DNA of 64,000 nt from Owenia fusiformis (lineage: Eukaryota). The stretch lies in assembly GCA_903813345.2 (NCBI GenBank), contig CAIIXF020000001.1, positions 4,774,001-4,838,000 on the forward strand, given 5' to 3'. The notes beneath the pieces were generated by a model, which had not been told where the DNA came from, did no database searches, and saw only the letters and a program-made list of their open reading frames with translations. The position numbers and the translations under genes are program-made. Shown here one piece after another: positions 1 through 64,000 of the stretch (the first letter of the stretch is position 1; each line of letters begins with the position of its first letter).

Positions 1-61851
<61,851 letters not shown>

Positions 61852-61986
61852 TTATATGACTTCTACATATGCTTGGACGTTTGTTTTATCCCTAGAATAT
61901 CCTCGATCTGTATATAATCCACTAAAACAGTGTAAAAATGTGCTAAAATCCAAATATTTGTAAAAATTTAAACACAGCCCTTCCGC

Positions 61987-61996
61987 GTGACGTCAC
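61987..61996. promoter_or_regulatory. Perfect CRE/ATF palindrome GTGACGTCAC about 140 bp upstream of the scrib ATG
   Basis: Motif seen directly; position fits a proximal promoter; function untested. Confidence 0.45.
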
Positions 61997-64000
61997 TCAT
62001 TACCTTCATGCCAGTAAAGTGCTGCCACCTTTATTTGATTGACTAATTATCAGTGCTGCCATCTTAATAGAGAAGTTAAAACGAATATCATTTTGCTTTA
62101 CCCAAAACAGAAAAAGATGGTCTCAAATAGTAACAGGAGCCAGAGTTAGACCATTGTTGGATCCACAGTCTCTGCCATTCCTTTATGTAGAGCTCATTAG
62201 CTTTAGATAAAGAGAGACTAAAAATGGAGTTAGTATGAAACGACTTGGAATAATTTAACAACTTGCATTATTTTCTATTGTTTTTTTAAGAATGTTCCCT
62301 TGGCAGTTGGCACTATCTATCCAAAACCAGTTTTAAGAAGTGATATTCGATGGTTTGAGAAGTGATATTCGATGGTTTGGGATCTGTTTGCTAAAATATG
62401 ATATCTTGATCCATATATCAAATTATCTTCACGTGATATTCGATCTATATCCTTGCAACCATGGGATAAAAATTGATTCTGATGTACCAGGCCATCCAAC
62501 ATTCTTCATCCTTCAGCTTACAACCAATCATTGCCAGAGAGCTTGACTTTGTATTCATATTGAATTTTCTGGGTTTCAAAGTAACTAATAACACATTAAC
62601 AACACAGAGGTTTTCTTGTTTATATTGCCAGAACCAACATGTTGCATGGCCAAGCGGGAAGCTTCATCCAGGGCCACGAATTGGTTTATAACTGGTATCT
62701 TCGGTACAGAAGGCTCAAGTTTCATGTTTTCCTTTGCTTTATTACTACGCATTCGTGGATTGATCTTGACATTCGTGTGAATTCAGCAGCAGCCCTAGTG
62801 AACTGAAAATACACATCCACACCAAATGTGTAGCTTGTACAAGGTGTTCACAAAAAGTCTATTTCCTTTAAATAGGGGTTTCACACAGGAATTGTATAAT
62901 TTGCCACCCCTCCATACCACACTATGTAGGGTTTGATTCTTTAGTTCTGTTTCTATTTTATCATATTGTTTATCATTTATCCAATGGAAGGGTGTATGTT
63001 AGTATCTTAGGTATTTTGATACAAAAGTTAAACTTAGCACAACAGTAAGTGGGTAAGGGTGTTTCGCCTTCCTAATACTTTTGCGGTAAGTTCACTGACT
63101 TAGGTTCAAAGTAAGCAGACCCTATCTATAATAAGCTAAGTGAATCGAGCTGACATACAGGTCCAACACACTCACTCGACGATGTAGGATCTGTGAGCGA
63201 AACTATATAGCGTTTGTCTCGGCCACATTCGCTCAGTCTATGACGACCGTATTTCCCCAAAATCGAGCTAAGGTGGCTGGAGAAAATCTATGGCCATCTT
63301 CCGGTCGGCACAGGGGCATCGGGTCGCCTTGGAAATTAACACGAACGTGAAACAACTGTAATGTTTTTCATTTGTACGGTCGCTGTAGCCGCTGTACCGT
63401 AACGTCAGACTGGTTGCACCGTACCACCGCCGTAGTAAATGTAATAACTGAGGCGCATTAGTGTTTAAAACATTGTAGTGATATTACCCCCAAGGGACCC
63501 TACGTGTCATTTTAAACGCCAAAACGCGATAGAACTAAACTATTCACCAGTACATTAAATTATTTTAGGACTTTAGTTTGTGGAGATTCGATTTTAGTTT
63601 GTGGAGATTGATGATAGAATACTGCATTTGAATGATTTGAAATATGAAATATCAGACCCTGAATGGTGTGGTAGGTAGCATAGGAGGAATCCACCTAGCC
63701 AGGGAGGGGGCGGCTATTGAAACCATACAATAAAAAACATGAACAGTGACTGGTAATGCATAAATTGTCTTTAATGCACATTCTATAATAATTTAGCCAA
63801 TTTAATGATGTTTACAATTTTTCACCGTACTTTATGACCACCCTGTACAGTGTACAGATAATGTGATATTTCGGAAGTTGGAGAACGTTAATAACCTATA
63901 TGCAGGATCCTAATAGACTATTACCAGTGGTAAGTAACTCAAACTACCTTCACATTTCTATGGTTAAACTCTGGCAACACGCTTGATGTTTTTGTATCAT

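Noticed and set aside
62317-62691. Short ORFs upstream of scrib as a neighbouring protein gene
   Set aside because: No recognisable similarity and no consistent open exon frame on either strand

Overview
AT-rich invertebrate nuclear DNA, probably lophotrochozoan (taxon inferred, not proven). One minus-strand gene fills almost the whole window: a scribble (scrib/LAP4) orthologue. I traced 27 coding exons by hand from the ATG at 61845 to the left edge. All have GT-AG boundaries and matching phases, and they encode the LRR region, the LAPSD region, a low-complexity linker and four PDZ domains; the 3' end lies outside the window. The introns hold many non-autonomous DNA transposons (PIF/Harbinger-, hAT-, piggyBac-, Academ-, Transib-, Tc1/mariner- and Helentron-like), three LINE 3' fragments and small tandem repeats. 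The most striking feature is a 21-unit, 114/115-bp tandem array (18222-20622) that amplifies the exon 11/intron 11 junction. Each junction between units forms a new polypyrimidine+AG acceptor. This gives 20 extra potential 69-nt, phase 2-2 cassette exons, each encoding exactly one 23-aa LRR, with indels confined to the 45/46-nt spacers. Whether they are spliced cannot be seen from DNA alone.
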